Below the pieces are notes generated by a model. The model saw only the letters and a program-made list of their open reading frames with translations, made no database searches and was not told the origin of the DNA. The position numbers and the translations under genes are program-made. A stretch of 64,000 bases of DNA, taken from positions 227,418 to 291,417 of the forward strand of contig CAVUDT010000002.1 of NCBI GenBank assembly GCA_963740275.1, written 5' to 3'. Of this stretch, positions 30,611 through 38,449 are shown in pieces. Within the stretch, counting starts at the first letter, position 1. The number at the start of each line of letters is the position of its first letter. The stretch comes from an uncultured Acidobacteriota bacterium. Lineage in GTDB: Bacteria; Acidobacteriota; Vicinamibacteria; Vicinamibacterales; 2-12-FULL-66-21.

Positions 30611-30882
30611 CAGTGCCGGGTGGTGACTTTCTACAAGAGGCCAGGAGTTCAAGAGGCCGTTTTTGAAAGAGTTTTCCTGATCTTCTGAGCTCCTGTTGAA
30701 GGATACCGAAGTCGCTGAACCCGGAACCGAGTGGCCTGTCGCGGCTGATTCAGTAGTGGCAGAAACAGAAGCACCGCTGAGCGCGCTGAGGGCGCAGAGA
30801 AGAACCGCCAGAAGAATCCTCTGCGCCGCTCTGCGGCCTTGCGGTGAGGGCTTTGTCGAGGGACTGATTCATCGAGGACGAG
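30605..30882 (-). pseudogene. decayed paralog of the small secreted protein (start codon out of frame after 3 single-nt indels)
   Basis: The signal-peptide frame ...GRRAAQRILLAVLLCALSALSGASVSA... has no start codon. The ATG-containing frame terminates after 40 aa. Confidence 0.35.
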
Positions 30883-31158
30883 CTACTGGCCCGACCGGAA
30901 CCAGGGACGTCCCGGGTGGTGGAGCGACAGAGGCCAGGAGTTCAAGAGGTCGTTTTTGAAAGAGTTTCCTGACTGCGATCTCCTGTTGAGGGCTGCGAAG
31001 TCTGAACCCGGAACCGAGTGGCCTGTCGCGGCTGATTCAGTAGTGGCAGAAACAGAAGCACCGCTGAGCGCGCCGAGGGCGCAGAGAAGAACCGCCAGAA
31101 GAATCCTCTGCGCCGCTCTGCGGCCTGCGGTGAGGTTTTGTCGAGGGTACTGATTCAT
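30883..31158 (-). CDS. small secreted protein, 91 aa, with a signal peptide
   Basis: MNQYPRQNLTAGRRAAQRILLAVLLCALGALSGASVSA|TTESAATGHS... The antisense + strand ORFs 30696-30959/30956-31153 lack such features. Confidence 0.5.
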   Translation of the reverse strand: MNQYPRQNLTAGRRAAQRILLAVLLCALGALSGASVSATTESAATGHSVPGSDFAALNRRSQSGNSFKNDLLNSWPLSLHHPGRPWFRSGQ

Positions 31159-31182
31159 CGAGGACGAGCCACTGGACCCGAA

Positions 31183-31207
31183 GAACCCGGAACCCGGAAC
31201 CTGGAAG
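31183..31207. repeat. heptamer tandem repeat, family 1 (reverse orientation), between flotillin and the small secreted-protein gene
   Basis: gaacccggaacccggaacctggaag. Confidence 0.5.
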
Positions 31208-31210
31208 CGA

Positions 31211-32791
31211 TCAGGATTGGGGCGGAACGGTGGCGGCTGAAACTGCGGGAGGGGCGCCGGTCGCGACGGCGGCCTGGTTGACCCCGAGCTGCTGCAGGAC
31301 GGTCGGCAGGTTGAGCCCGAGCGCCTCCAGCTGCTGGAGCAGGTTGAACACGAGCGCCGGGCTCGTCTGCGCCAGGCGTCCGAGGCTGGTGCTGCCGTTC
31401 TCGCCATTCCCGTGCCCCTGGTCGATCACGACGAGCTTGTCGATGTTGCCCAGGGGGGCAGCGATCGCGCCGAAGACGCCGGTCGAGGCTTCGATGATCG
31501 CCGGCAGCTTCTCGAGGATGGTCTGCAGCCGGGCGGCGTCGTTGAATTCCTTCCACGCCTCGGCCTTGCGCAGGATCGCGGCCGCTTCCGCGACACCCTG
31601 GGCCTCGATCGCCTTGGCCTGGGCGAGACCGATGGCCTCGATCCGCGACGCTTCCGCGCGCCCTTCCGCTTCGACCGCGGCGGCCCGGCCGGTGCCTTCC
31701 TTCTTCAGCTTTTCCTGTTCCGCTTCCGCCATCGCGATCATCGCCGAGCGCCGGCCCTCGGCCTCGAGGATCGCCGACTGCTTCGCCGCCTCGGCGCGAA
31801 CGACCGCGGCCTGGCGATCCGCTTCCGCCGGCTTGATCACCGTGGCATCGAGTTCCTTCTGCCGGCGGAGGACCTCCTGCTCCTGGACCGAGATCATCTC
31901 CTGCGTGCGGGTCTTCTCGACGCGGACTTCCTCGGCGACGACCCCCTGCCGCGCGGTGGCCTCCGAGAGCGGTCCGGCCTGTTCCGCACGGGCTTTCTGG
32001 GTCTCGATCTCCGCCTGGTACTGGGCCTGCCGGATCATGAAGTCCCTGGACGACTGCGCGATCTCGGCCTCGGCCTGGAACTTCGCCTTCTCGCCTTCCT
32101 GCAGCGCCTGCGAGGATTTGATCTTGGCATCGCGGTGCGCCTCGGCCTCGCCGATCGTCGCGTCCCGCTTGACCTCGGCGGTCCGCCGCTTGCCGAGCGC
32201 GTCGAGGTAGCCCTCTTCGTCACTGATTTCCTGGATCGTCAGCACGTCGACGCCGATCCCCATCTTCTCGAGATCCTGCGCCGCTTCAGTGGTGAGCTTC
32301 TGCGCGAAGCTCTGACGGTCGCTGTTGACCTCCTCGACCGTCAGCGTGCCCAGGATCGACCGCAGGTGTCCCTCGAGCGTCTGGAAGATGACTCTCTGGA
32401 CCTGGTCGTGGGTCATGCCGAGAAACCGCTCGGCCGCGGCCTGCAGCGAGGTGTCGTCGCCGCGGATCTTGACGTTGGCCACCGCCTTCACCGAAACCGG
32501 CACACCCTTCAATGTGTACGCCCGCTTGATCTCGAGCGGGATGGTCATCACGTTGAGGTGGAGGTACTCGACCTTTTCGAGCAGCGGGATCCGCAGCGCG
32601 GCGCCGCCGCGAACCATCCGGTAGCCGACGACCCGGCCGTCGGGCAGCTTCCGCTTCCGTCCGCTCAGCACCGCCACGGCGTTCGGCGAAACCTTGATGT
32701 AGTTCCGGCTGAACACATAACCGGCGGCAAAGAAGGACAGGACGATGGCGAGAACGCCGAGGATGACCCCGATCGTGGTGTTGTCCGGCAT
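31211..32791 (-). CDS. flotillin (SPFH/band-7 family, FloT/YqiK-like)
   Basis: N-terminal TM, SPFH domain, long Ala/Glu-rich coiled-coil (AEAEIAQSSRD...EAEGRAEASRIEAIGLAQAKAIEAQ). Confidence 0.9.
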   Translation of the reverse strand: MPDNTTIGVILGVLAIVLSFFAAGYVFSRNYIKVSPNAVAVLSGRKRKLPDGRVVGYRMVRGGAALRIPLLEKVEYLHLNVMTIPLEIKRAYTLKGVPVSVKAVANVKIRGDDTSLQAAAERFLGMTHDQVQRVIFQTLEGHLRSILGTLTVEEVNSDRQSFAQKLTTEAAQDLEKMGIGVDVLTIQEISDEEGYLDALGKRRTAEVKRDATIGEAEAHRDAKIKSSQALQEGEKAKFQAEAEIAQSSRDFMIRQAQYQAEIETQKARAEQAGPLSEATARQGVVAEEVRVEKTRTQEMISVQEQEVLRRQKELDATVIKPAEADRQAAVVRAEAAKQSAILEAEGRRSAMIAMAEAEQEKLKKEGTGRAAAVEAEGRAEASRIEAIGLAQAKAIEAQGVAEAAAILRKAEAWKEFNDAARLQTILEKLPAIIEASTGVFGAIAAPLGNIDKLVVIDQGHGNGENGSTSLGRLAQTSPALVFNLLQQLEALGLNLPTVLQQLGVNQAAVATGAPPAVSAATVPPQS

Positions 32792-32801
32792 GGTTCGACC
32801 C

Positions 32802-33335
32802 CTATTGCTGCTTGACGATCACGGTTTCGCCGAGAACTTCGTCGATCGTGACCGACGCGTTCTCGCCGATCGGCACGCCGTCACGCGTCCGGGCGATTTT
32901 GTCCATCAGCTCCTCGCCGAGCCGGACCCGGATCTGCCCGACGCCACCGGCCGGGATCGCGATGACGACACGGGCGACGGCGCCGACCAGGTCCCCCGAG
33001 CGCACCTCGGTGCTCGCCTGCTGGTTGAACAGGAAGCGGGCGAAGGCGTAGATCGCGCCGCCGAAGATCATGCCGCTGACCAGCCCGGCGATCGCGGCAG
33101 GCACGGGGGAGAGGCCGTAATAGGTCGCGACCGCGCCGGATCCGCCGAAGGTCGTGACGAACACCGCCATGACGCGGCTGCTGAAGAACCCGGGCCCGCC
33201 GGCATCGAAGTCGTGGTCCGCCTCGAAGAAATCGAACAGCCCGCCGAACACCAGCGCGGTCATCAGGAACAGGAAGCCGATCGCGCAAATGGCGAGGAAG
33301 ACCGAAAATGCCGAGAGTGGTGGCAGAAAATCCAT
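32802..33335 (-). CDS. NfeD-like membrane protein (YqiJ-type) upstream of flotillin
   Basis: N-terminal TM helices plus C-terminal OB-fold-like ...GQIRVRLGEELMDKIART...; canonical nfeD-flotillin pairing. Confidence 0.75.
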   Translation of the reverse strand: MDFLPPLSAFSVFLAICAIGFLFLMTALVFGGLFDFFEADHDFDAGGPGFFSSRVMAVFVTTFGGSGAVATYYGLSPVPAAIAGLVSGMIFGGAIYAFARFLFNQQASTEVRSGDLVGAVARVVIAIPAGGVGQIRVRLGEELMDKIARTRDGVPIGENASVTIDEVLGETVIVKQQ

Positions 33336-33466
33336 GGTGTCAGGGAAGCGGGATCGAGCCCACTCTAGGGGCCGGGGAAAGCAAAGTCAAATTCGGCTGC
33401 TAACATTCACGGCGATGGATCATCGGCTTCCACGCACGGCGGTACGGACCGCGTTTTCCCTCCGGC

Positions 33467-34963
33467 GTGGCCTCAGCAGCTTCTAGCCTCACGCGCGAAC
33501 GATGGCTGGCGATTGCCGCGATCACCGCCATCGTGTGCTATCGCTCGGCCGTCTTCGTGTTCTGGCCGCAGGCGCACTTCGACGCCGACTCCGCCATCAC
33601 CGGGCTGATGGCCACGCACATCAGCCAGGGCCGTGCCTTCCCGGTCTTCTGGTACGGGCAGAGCTACATGCTCGCCGTCGAGTCCTATCTCGCGGCGCCG
33701 CTGTTCTTCGTGTTCGGCCCATCGGTGGCGGCGCTCAAGCTGCCGCTCCTCGGGATCAACCTCGCGATCGCGGTGCTGCTGCTGCGCGTGCTGGAACGCG
33801 ACGCCGGCCTGCGGCCGGCCCGGGCGATTCTTCCGGTGCTGTTCTTCGCCCTGCCGGCGCCCGGCACCGCGGCGCGCATCCTCGAAGCCAATGGCGGCAA
33901 CGTCGAACCCTTCCTCTACGTCGTCCTGATCTGGATGACCCGCAACCGCCCGGCATGGTGCGGGCTGGTGCTCGGCTTCGGCTTCCTGCAGCGGGAATTC
34001 ACGCTCTACGGTCTGTTCGCGCTGATCGCAATCGATCTCATGCGACGGCAGCCGTCACTTCGCGACCGAATGCTGGCGCGGACGGCCAGCGTCGGTGTCG
34101 CCGCCGTCGTCTGGATGCTGGCCCAGTGGGTGAAGCGGTTCACCGCCGCCGCCGGGCCGGGCACGACGCTGGCGGACGTCTACAAGGCGCAGTCGAACGT
34201 GTTCGAGCTGGCCAGCCGCATCTGCCTCGATCCGGCGGCGACCTGGGCCGGATTGCCCAAACTGGCGACAGAGCACTGGCCGGTGTTGTTCGGGACGCAG
34301 CGCGTCGCGCTGCTCGACTTCGGCATCGACAGCACGCTGATACAGGGACTCGACGGGAGCTGGGTGCTGCTGGCGGGGTTGTTCGCGGCTGCGGCGGGCT
34401 GGATCGTGCGGCGGCTCCTGATCTCGCGCGCGTGGCTCACCGACTACGACGTCTGCGCCTACTTCGTGCTCGTGGCGCTGTTCTCGCTGGTTGGATACCT
34501 GGGTGGCCGCTGCGGGGAAGTGGGCTTCTTCTGGATGCGCTACGACCTGCTCGCGCTCCTCGGCGGCGTCGGGTTGTCAGCCTGGTTTCTGCGCGCGGAT
34601 CCGCCGCGCCTTCTCACCTGGGGCTGGGGCGTGACCTTCGGCCTGTGGCTGGCGATCGCCGGGGTCGTTCATGGCCGGCTGTGGCTGGAGTACCTGGTGG
34701 CGGCGCCCCCCGGCGGCAAGCAGCAGATGATCCGGCAGCTCGAGGCGGACGGCATACGCTACGTCCTGTCGGATTACTGGATCGCGTACCCGATCACGTT
34801 CCTCACGAACGAGCGGATCGTCGCCGCCTCGACCGATCTCGTCCGGATACCGGAATACACGCGAATCGTCGGCGAACACCGGGCGGAGGCGGTACGCATC
34901 TCCCGCAATCCATGCCCCGGCGGTCGCGAGGTGATTCGCCGCGTCTGGTTCTGCTCGCAGTAA
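33467..34963 (+). CDS. polytopic membrane protein (~13 TM), possibly a GT-C-type glycosyltransferase
   Basis: 498 aa, almost entirely hydrophobic helices with one acidic periplasmic loop (HFDADSAITG). Family assignment is tentative. Confidence 0.45.
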   Translation: MASAASSLTRERWLAIAAITAIVCYRSAVFVFWPQAHFDADSAITGLMATHISQGRAFPVFWYGQSYMLAVESYLAAPLFFVFGPSVAALKLPLLGINLAIAVLLLRVLERDAGLRPARAILPVLFFALPAPGTAARILEANGGNVEPFLYVVLIWMTRNRPAWCGLVLGFGFLQREFTLYGLFALIAIDLMRRQPSLRDRMLARTASVGVAAVVWMLAQWVKRFTAAAGPGTTLADVYKAQSNVFELASRICLDPAATWAGLPKLATEHWPVLFGTQRVALLDFGIDSTLIQGLDGSWVLLAGLFAAAAGWIVRRLLISRAWLTDYDVCAYFVLVALFSLVGYLGGRCGEVGFFWMRYDLLALLGGVGLSAWFLRADPPRLLTWGWGVTFGLWLAIAGVVHGRLWLEYLVAAPPGGKQQMIRQLEADGIRYVLSDYWIAYPITFLTNERIVAASTDLVRIPEYTRIVGEHRAEAVRISRNPCPGGREVIRRVWFCSQ

Positions 34964-34968
34964 GCCGT

Positions 34969-35235
34969 TCAGGCGAATCGCGCTTGCGAGCGTTCCTGCG
35001 CCTTGCGGGCCTCTTCCTCGCGGTTTCTCGGTGGTGCCGAGGTCTTCAGCGAACGAATGAGCTGACGCGCGACCCGGGTGACCTCGTCGACCGCGGTATT
35101 GAAGGCCTCTTCGTTGAGCTTGGACGGACGGCTTGATCCGCTCAGCTTGCGGACGAACTGCAGCGCCGAGGCGCGGATCTCATCGTCAGTGGCCGGGGGA
35201 GCGAAGTTTGCGAGCGTTTTGATGTTGCGGCACAT
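34969..35235 (-). CDS. DUF2277-family small protein
   Basis: MCRNIKTLANFAPPATDDEIRASALQFVRKLSG... matches the DUF2277 N-terminal signature. Confidence 0.65.
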   Translation of the reverse strand: MCRNIKTLANFAPPATDDEIRASALQFVRKLSGSSRPSKLNEEAFNTAVDEVTRVARQLIRSLKTSAPPRNREEEARKAQERSQARFA

Positions 35236-35265
35236 GGAGAATTCCTGGGTCTATTGTCGCAGATT

Positions 35266-35330
35266 CCCATGCCCCATCCCCCATTCCCCATCCCCGATTC
35301 CCCGACTCCCCATCCCCCCGACCCCGATTG
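35266..35330. repeat. heptamer tandem repeat, family 2 (CCCCATC/CCCCATT/CCCGATT...), in the divergent promoter region
   Basis: cccatgccccatcccccattccccatccccgattccccgactccccatccccccgaccccgattg. Confidence 0.6.
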
Positions 35331-35334
35331 ATAT

Positions 35335-35358
35335 AGAGTCTGTCTTTATATAGACTCT
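35335..35358. promoter_or_regulatory. inverted repeat AGAGTCT-N10-AGACTCT, 7 nt upstream of the PadR start; candidate PadR autoregulatory operator
   Basis: agagtctgtctttatatagactct; AT-rich spacer in an otherwise GC-rich region. Confidence 0.4.
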
Positions 35359-35364
35359 CTGCCC

Positions 35365-35698
35365 ATGGAACCGCTCCACGGACTGCTGGACATGCTGGTG
35401 CTGCAAACGCTGATCCTCGGGCCGTTGCACGGGTACGGCATTGCCAAGTCCATCCACGACAGGTCCGATGAAGCCCTGGCGATCGAGTTCGGTTCACTCT
35501 ATCCGGCGCTGAAGCGCCTCGAGCTCAAGGGCTGGATCGCGTCGAAGTGGGACCTGTCCGAGCACAACCGGCGGGCCAAGTACCTATCGGCTCACGCCGG
35601 CAGGCAGAAAAAAGCTTCGGCAAGAGCAGTCAGACTGGCAGCATTTCGCCTCGGCCATCACCCGGGTCATGAAGATCGTACCGGAGGGCCAGTCATGA
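35365..35698 (+). CDS. PadR-family transcriptional regulator; 1-nt frame shift near 35588
   Basis: LDMLVLQTLILGPLHGYGIAKSI...GSLYPALKRLELKGWI...NRRAKY|YRLTPAGRKKLRQEQSDWQHF... The stop overlaps the permease start (ATGA). Confidence 0.7.
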
Positions 35699-38439
35699 CC
35701 ATCTGGAAAAAGCTCCTGCTCCTGTTGCCCTCCCGCCGTCGCGCCGCAGAGCGCGACATGCAAGAAGAACTTGAATCACTCCGGGACATGGCCGAGCCTC
35801 ACGAGCTCGGTAACCTGACGCTCGTCGCCGAGGACGGGCGCGCGACGTGGAGCTGGAGGTGGCTCGAACACCTGGGGCAGGACCTGCGCTACGCACGGCG
35901 TTCCATGCTCCACGACAAGACCTTCACCGCGCTGGCCGCGCTCTCGCTCGCGCTGGGGATCGGTGCCAACACCGCGATCTACAGCTTCACCGAGTCGATT
36001 CTGCTGCGGTCCTTGCCGGTATCGGAGCCGGAAGCCCTTGTGATCATGACGTGGCGGGCCCGGTCGTCGTACACGTCCGCCGCGTCCAGCGGAATGTCGT
36101 TCTCCACCGGGGGCAGCTACAGCGATCCGACGGAAGGCTACATCGGCAGCCAGTTTTCCTATCCCGCCCTCGAGATCTTCCAGCGCAACACCGATGTGCT
36201 GTCGAGTGCGTTCTGCTACTTCGTCGCAGATCGTCTGCATCTCACGATCGACGACGCAACCGAAGTCGTTCGCGGGCAATACGTGTCGGGCAGCTACTTC
36301 AGCGGAATGGGAGTGCCGCCTGCCGCCGGGCGTCTCATCCTGGCGGGCGACGACGAGGAGGGCGCCGCGAGTGTCGCCATTCTCAGCCATCGCTTCAGCC
36401 AGCTCCGATTCGGAGACGCCCGGCAGGCCGTCGGCCGGACCGTGCGAATCAATGACAAGCCGTTCTCGGTGGTTGGCGTGACCCCGCCGGGTTTTTTTGG
36501 CGCAGAGCCGGGGTCGGTGCCCGACGTCTTCGTTCCGATGCATGCCCAGGCGGTTATCGAGTCCGCCGGGGTGATGACCAGCACACTGAACCGCAATCAC
36601 CTCAATCCGAACTACTACTGGATCGAGATCATGGGTCGGCTCGCGCCAGGCGTGAGCCTCGCGCAGGCACAGGCCGTGCTCGCGCCCCAGTTTCGAAGAT
36701 TCGTCGACGCGACTGCGACAACGGAACGGCAGCGCACGAATCTCCCGGATCTGAGGATCACAGACGGCTCGGCGGGTCTCGATAGCATCCGGCGGCGTTA
36801 TGCGAAGCCGGTATTCGTGTTGATGACGATGGCCGGGCTCATTCTGCTCATTGCCTGCGCCAACCTCGCCAACCTTCTGCTCGCGCGCGCCATGTCACGG
36901 CGGCGCGAGATCGCCGTTCGGCTCAGCATCGGCGCCAGCCGGATGCGCATCGTCCGGCAGATGCTGACCGAGAGCGTACTGCTGTCCTCGATTGGTGGTC
37001 TGCTCGGTGTCCTCTGCGCATGGTGGGGCATCCGCGTGCTTACAGCCCTGCTCGCCAGCGGTCGCGAGAACTTCACGCTGCATGCCGAGTTGAACTGGCA
37101 TGTGCTGGCCGCGACTTTCGCACTGTCGGTGTTGACCGGCTTGTTGTTCGGGTCGGTGCCCGCCCTTCAAGCCACCCGCGTTGATGTGATGCCCGCCTTG
37201 AAGCAGAGCAGGACGGCCACCGTGGCGGCGCCCCCCAGGCCTCGTCGTATCGGGTTGAGCCAAACGCTCGTCGTCGCGCAGATCGCCTTCTCGCTCGTGT
37301 TGCTCGTCGCCGCGGGGCTGTTCGGAGGCACGCTATCGAGGCTGCATGCCATCGAGACCGGGTTCAATCGGGAGGACGTCCTGCTGTTTACAGTCAGAGC
37401 CACGTCGGCCGGTTATGAGGGACCGGCGTTGACCCGTGTCTATGAAGACTTGCGAGGACGATTGCAACCGGTACCGGGGGTTGTCAGTGTCAGCCTCTCC
37501 AGTCGGGCGCTGCCGGCGGGAGGAGGCACGATGTCGCGGGTGACGGTGGTCGGCGCGCCACCGGCGCCTCCACCTGTTGCCGGCGAGCGTCCGCCAGACT
37601 ACGCCGGCTTGTTGAGCGTCGGGCCGGCGTTCTTCGAGACCATGCAGATCCCGCTGACGGCCGGGCGCGAGTTCGATGAGCGCGACGTCGCGGGCGCGAC
37701 TCGCGTGGCGATCGTCAATCAGAAGCTCGCCACGGTGCTGGGCCTCAGAAACCCGGTTGGCACGAGAATCATCACCGGTGGCGGCCGCGCCGCGATCGAG
37801 TATGAGATCGTCGGGGTAGTCGGAGACGCGCTCTTTCTGAAACTCAAAGACGAGCAAAGGCCGATGGTCTACTTTTCGTACGTGCAGGATTCGCCGCCAT
37901 GGTCCATGACCTACGAGGTGCGTTCTGCCGGCCATCCGCTGGCGCTTGCCAACACCGTCCGCCAGATCGTCCGCCAGATCGATCCGCGCCTCGCGGTGTC
38001 AGATGTGAAGACGCAGGCGGTACACATCGACCAGGGGATCAGTCAGGAGATCGCGCTCGCACGGCTGTGCACGGTGTTCGCGGGGCTGGCGCTCGTCATC
38101 GCGTGTGTCGGCCTGTATGGAACGGTCGCGTTCAATGTCAGCCGACGCGTCGTCGAGATCGGGGTTCGCATGGCGCTCGGCGCTCAGCGCGCCGGGATCG
38201 TGTGGCTGATCCTTCGCTCGGTGCTGATCCTCGAGCTGCTCGGACTCGCGATCGGCGTGCCGATCGTTCTGCTCGGATCGCGCTACGTTGAGTCGCTGTT
38301 GTTCGGCATCAAGCCGAACGACCCGTTGGTCGTCTCGGCCGGCGTGGCCGCCCTGCTCAGCGCGGGCCTGGTGGCCAGCTACGTGCCGGCGCGACGCGCC
38401 TCGAGCGTCGATCCGATGGTCGCTTTGCGTAACGAGTAG
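35695..38439 (+). CDS. ADOP-family duplicated FtsX/MacB-type permease (915 aa), intact
   Basis: N-terminus MTIWKKLLLLLPSRRRAAERDMQEELESL...LGQDLRYARRSMLHDKTFT... Two FtsX-like 4-TM bundles (…LIACANLANLLLARA… and …IACVGLYGTVAFNVSRR…). Confidence 0.85.
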   Translation: MTIWKKLLLLLPSRRRAAERDMQEELESLRDMAEPHELGNLTLVAEDGRATWSWRWLEHLGQDLRYARRSMLHDKTFTALAALSLALGIGANTAIYSFTESILLRSLPVSEPEALVIMTWRARSSYTSAASSGMSFSTGGSYSDPTEGYIGSQFSYPALEIFQRNTDVLSSAFCYFVADRLHLTIDDATEVVRGQYVSGSYFSGMGVPPAAGRLILAGDDEEGAASVAILSHRFSQLRFGDARQAVGRTVRINDKPFSVVGVTPPGFFGAEPGSVPDVFVPMHAQAVIESAGVMTSTLNRNHLNPNYYWIEIMGRLAPGVSLAQAQAVLAPQFRRFVDATATTERQRTNLPDLRITDGSAGLDSIRRRYAKPVFVLMTMAGLILLIACANLANLLLARAMSRRREIAVRLSIGASRMRIVRQMLTESVLLSSIGGLLGVLCAWWGIRVLTALLASGRENFTLHAELNWHVLAATFALSVLTGLLFGSVPALQATRVDVMPALKQSRTATVAAPPRPRRIGLSQTLVVAQIAFSLVLLVAAGLFGGTLSRLHAIETGFNREDVLLFTVRATSAGYEGPALTRVYEDLRGRLQPVPGVVSVSLSSRALPAGGGTMSRVTVVGAPPAPPPVAGERPPDYAGLLSVGPAFFETMQIPLTAGREFDERDVAGATRVAIVNQKLATVLGLRNPVGTRIITGGGRAAIEYEIVGVVGDALFLKLKDEQRPMVYFSYVQDSPPWSMTYEVRSAGHPLALANTVRQIVRQIDPRLAVSDVKTQAVHIDQGISQEIALARLCTVFAGLALVIACVGLYGTVAFNVSRRVVEIGVRMALGAQRAGIVWLILRSVLILELLGLAIGVPIVLLGSRYVESLLFGIKPNDPLVVSAGVAALLSAGLVASYVPARRASSVDPMVALRNE

Positions 38440-38449
38440 GGCAGCCGCG

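Larger units (their letters stand above)
30613..31207. repeat. ~293-bp imperfect tandem duplication (2 units, >90% identical), each carrying a small secreted-protein gene on the minus strand
   Basis: Unit starts at ~30637/30930 (gaggccaggagttcaagagg...). Indels of 1 nt differ between the copies. Confidence 0.75.

Noticed and set aside
30696-31153. Plus-strand ORFs MKDTEVAEPGTEWPVAADSVVAETEAPLSAL... (two copies) inside the tandem duplication
   Set aside because: They are the antisense of a peptide with a canonical signal peptide on the minus strand. They have no start-proximal SD. Their hydrophilic, repetitive composition is what reverse translation of a signal peptide gives.
35365-38439. Single 1,024-aa PadR-permease fusion ORF as given in the ORF track
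   Set aside because: A 1-nt shift inside padR makes the track read through the real PadR stop (TGA at 35696-35698). The PadR C-terminus (YRLTPAGRKKLRQEQSDWQHFASAITRVMKIVPEGQS*) is in the +1 frame. The permease has its own ATG overlapping that stop.
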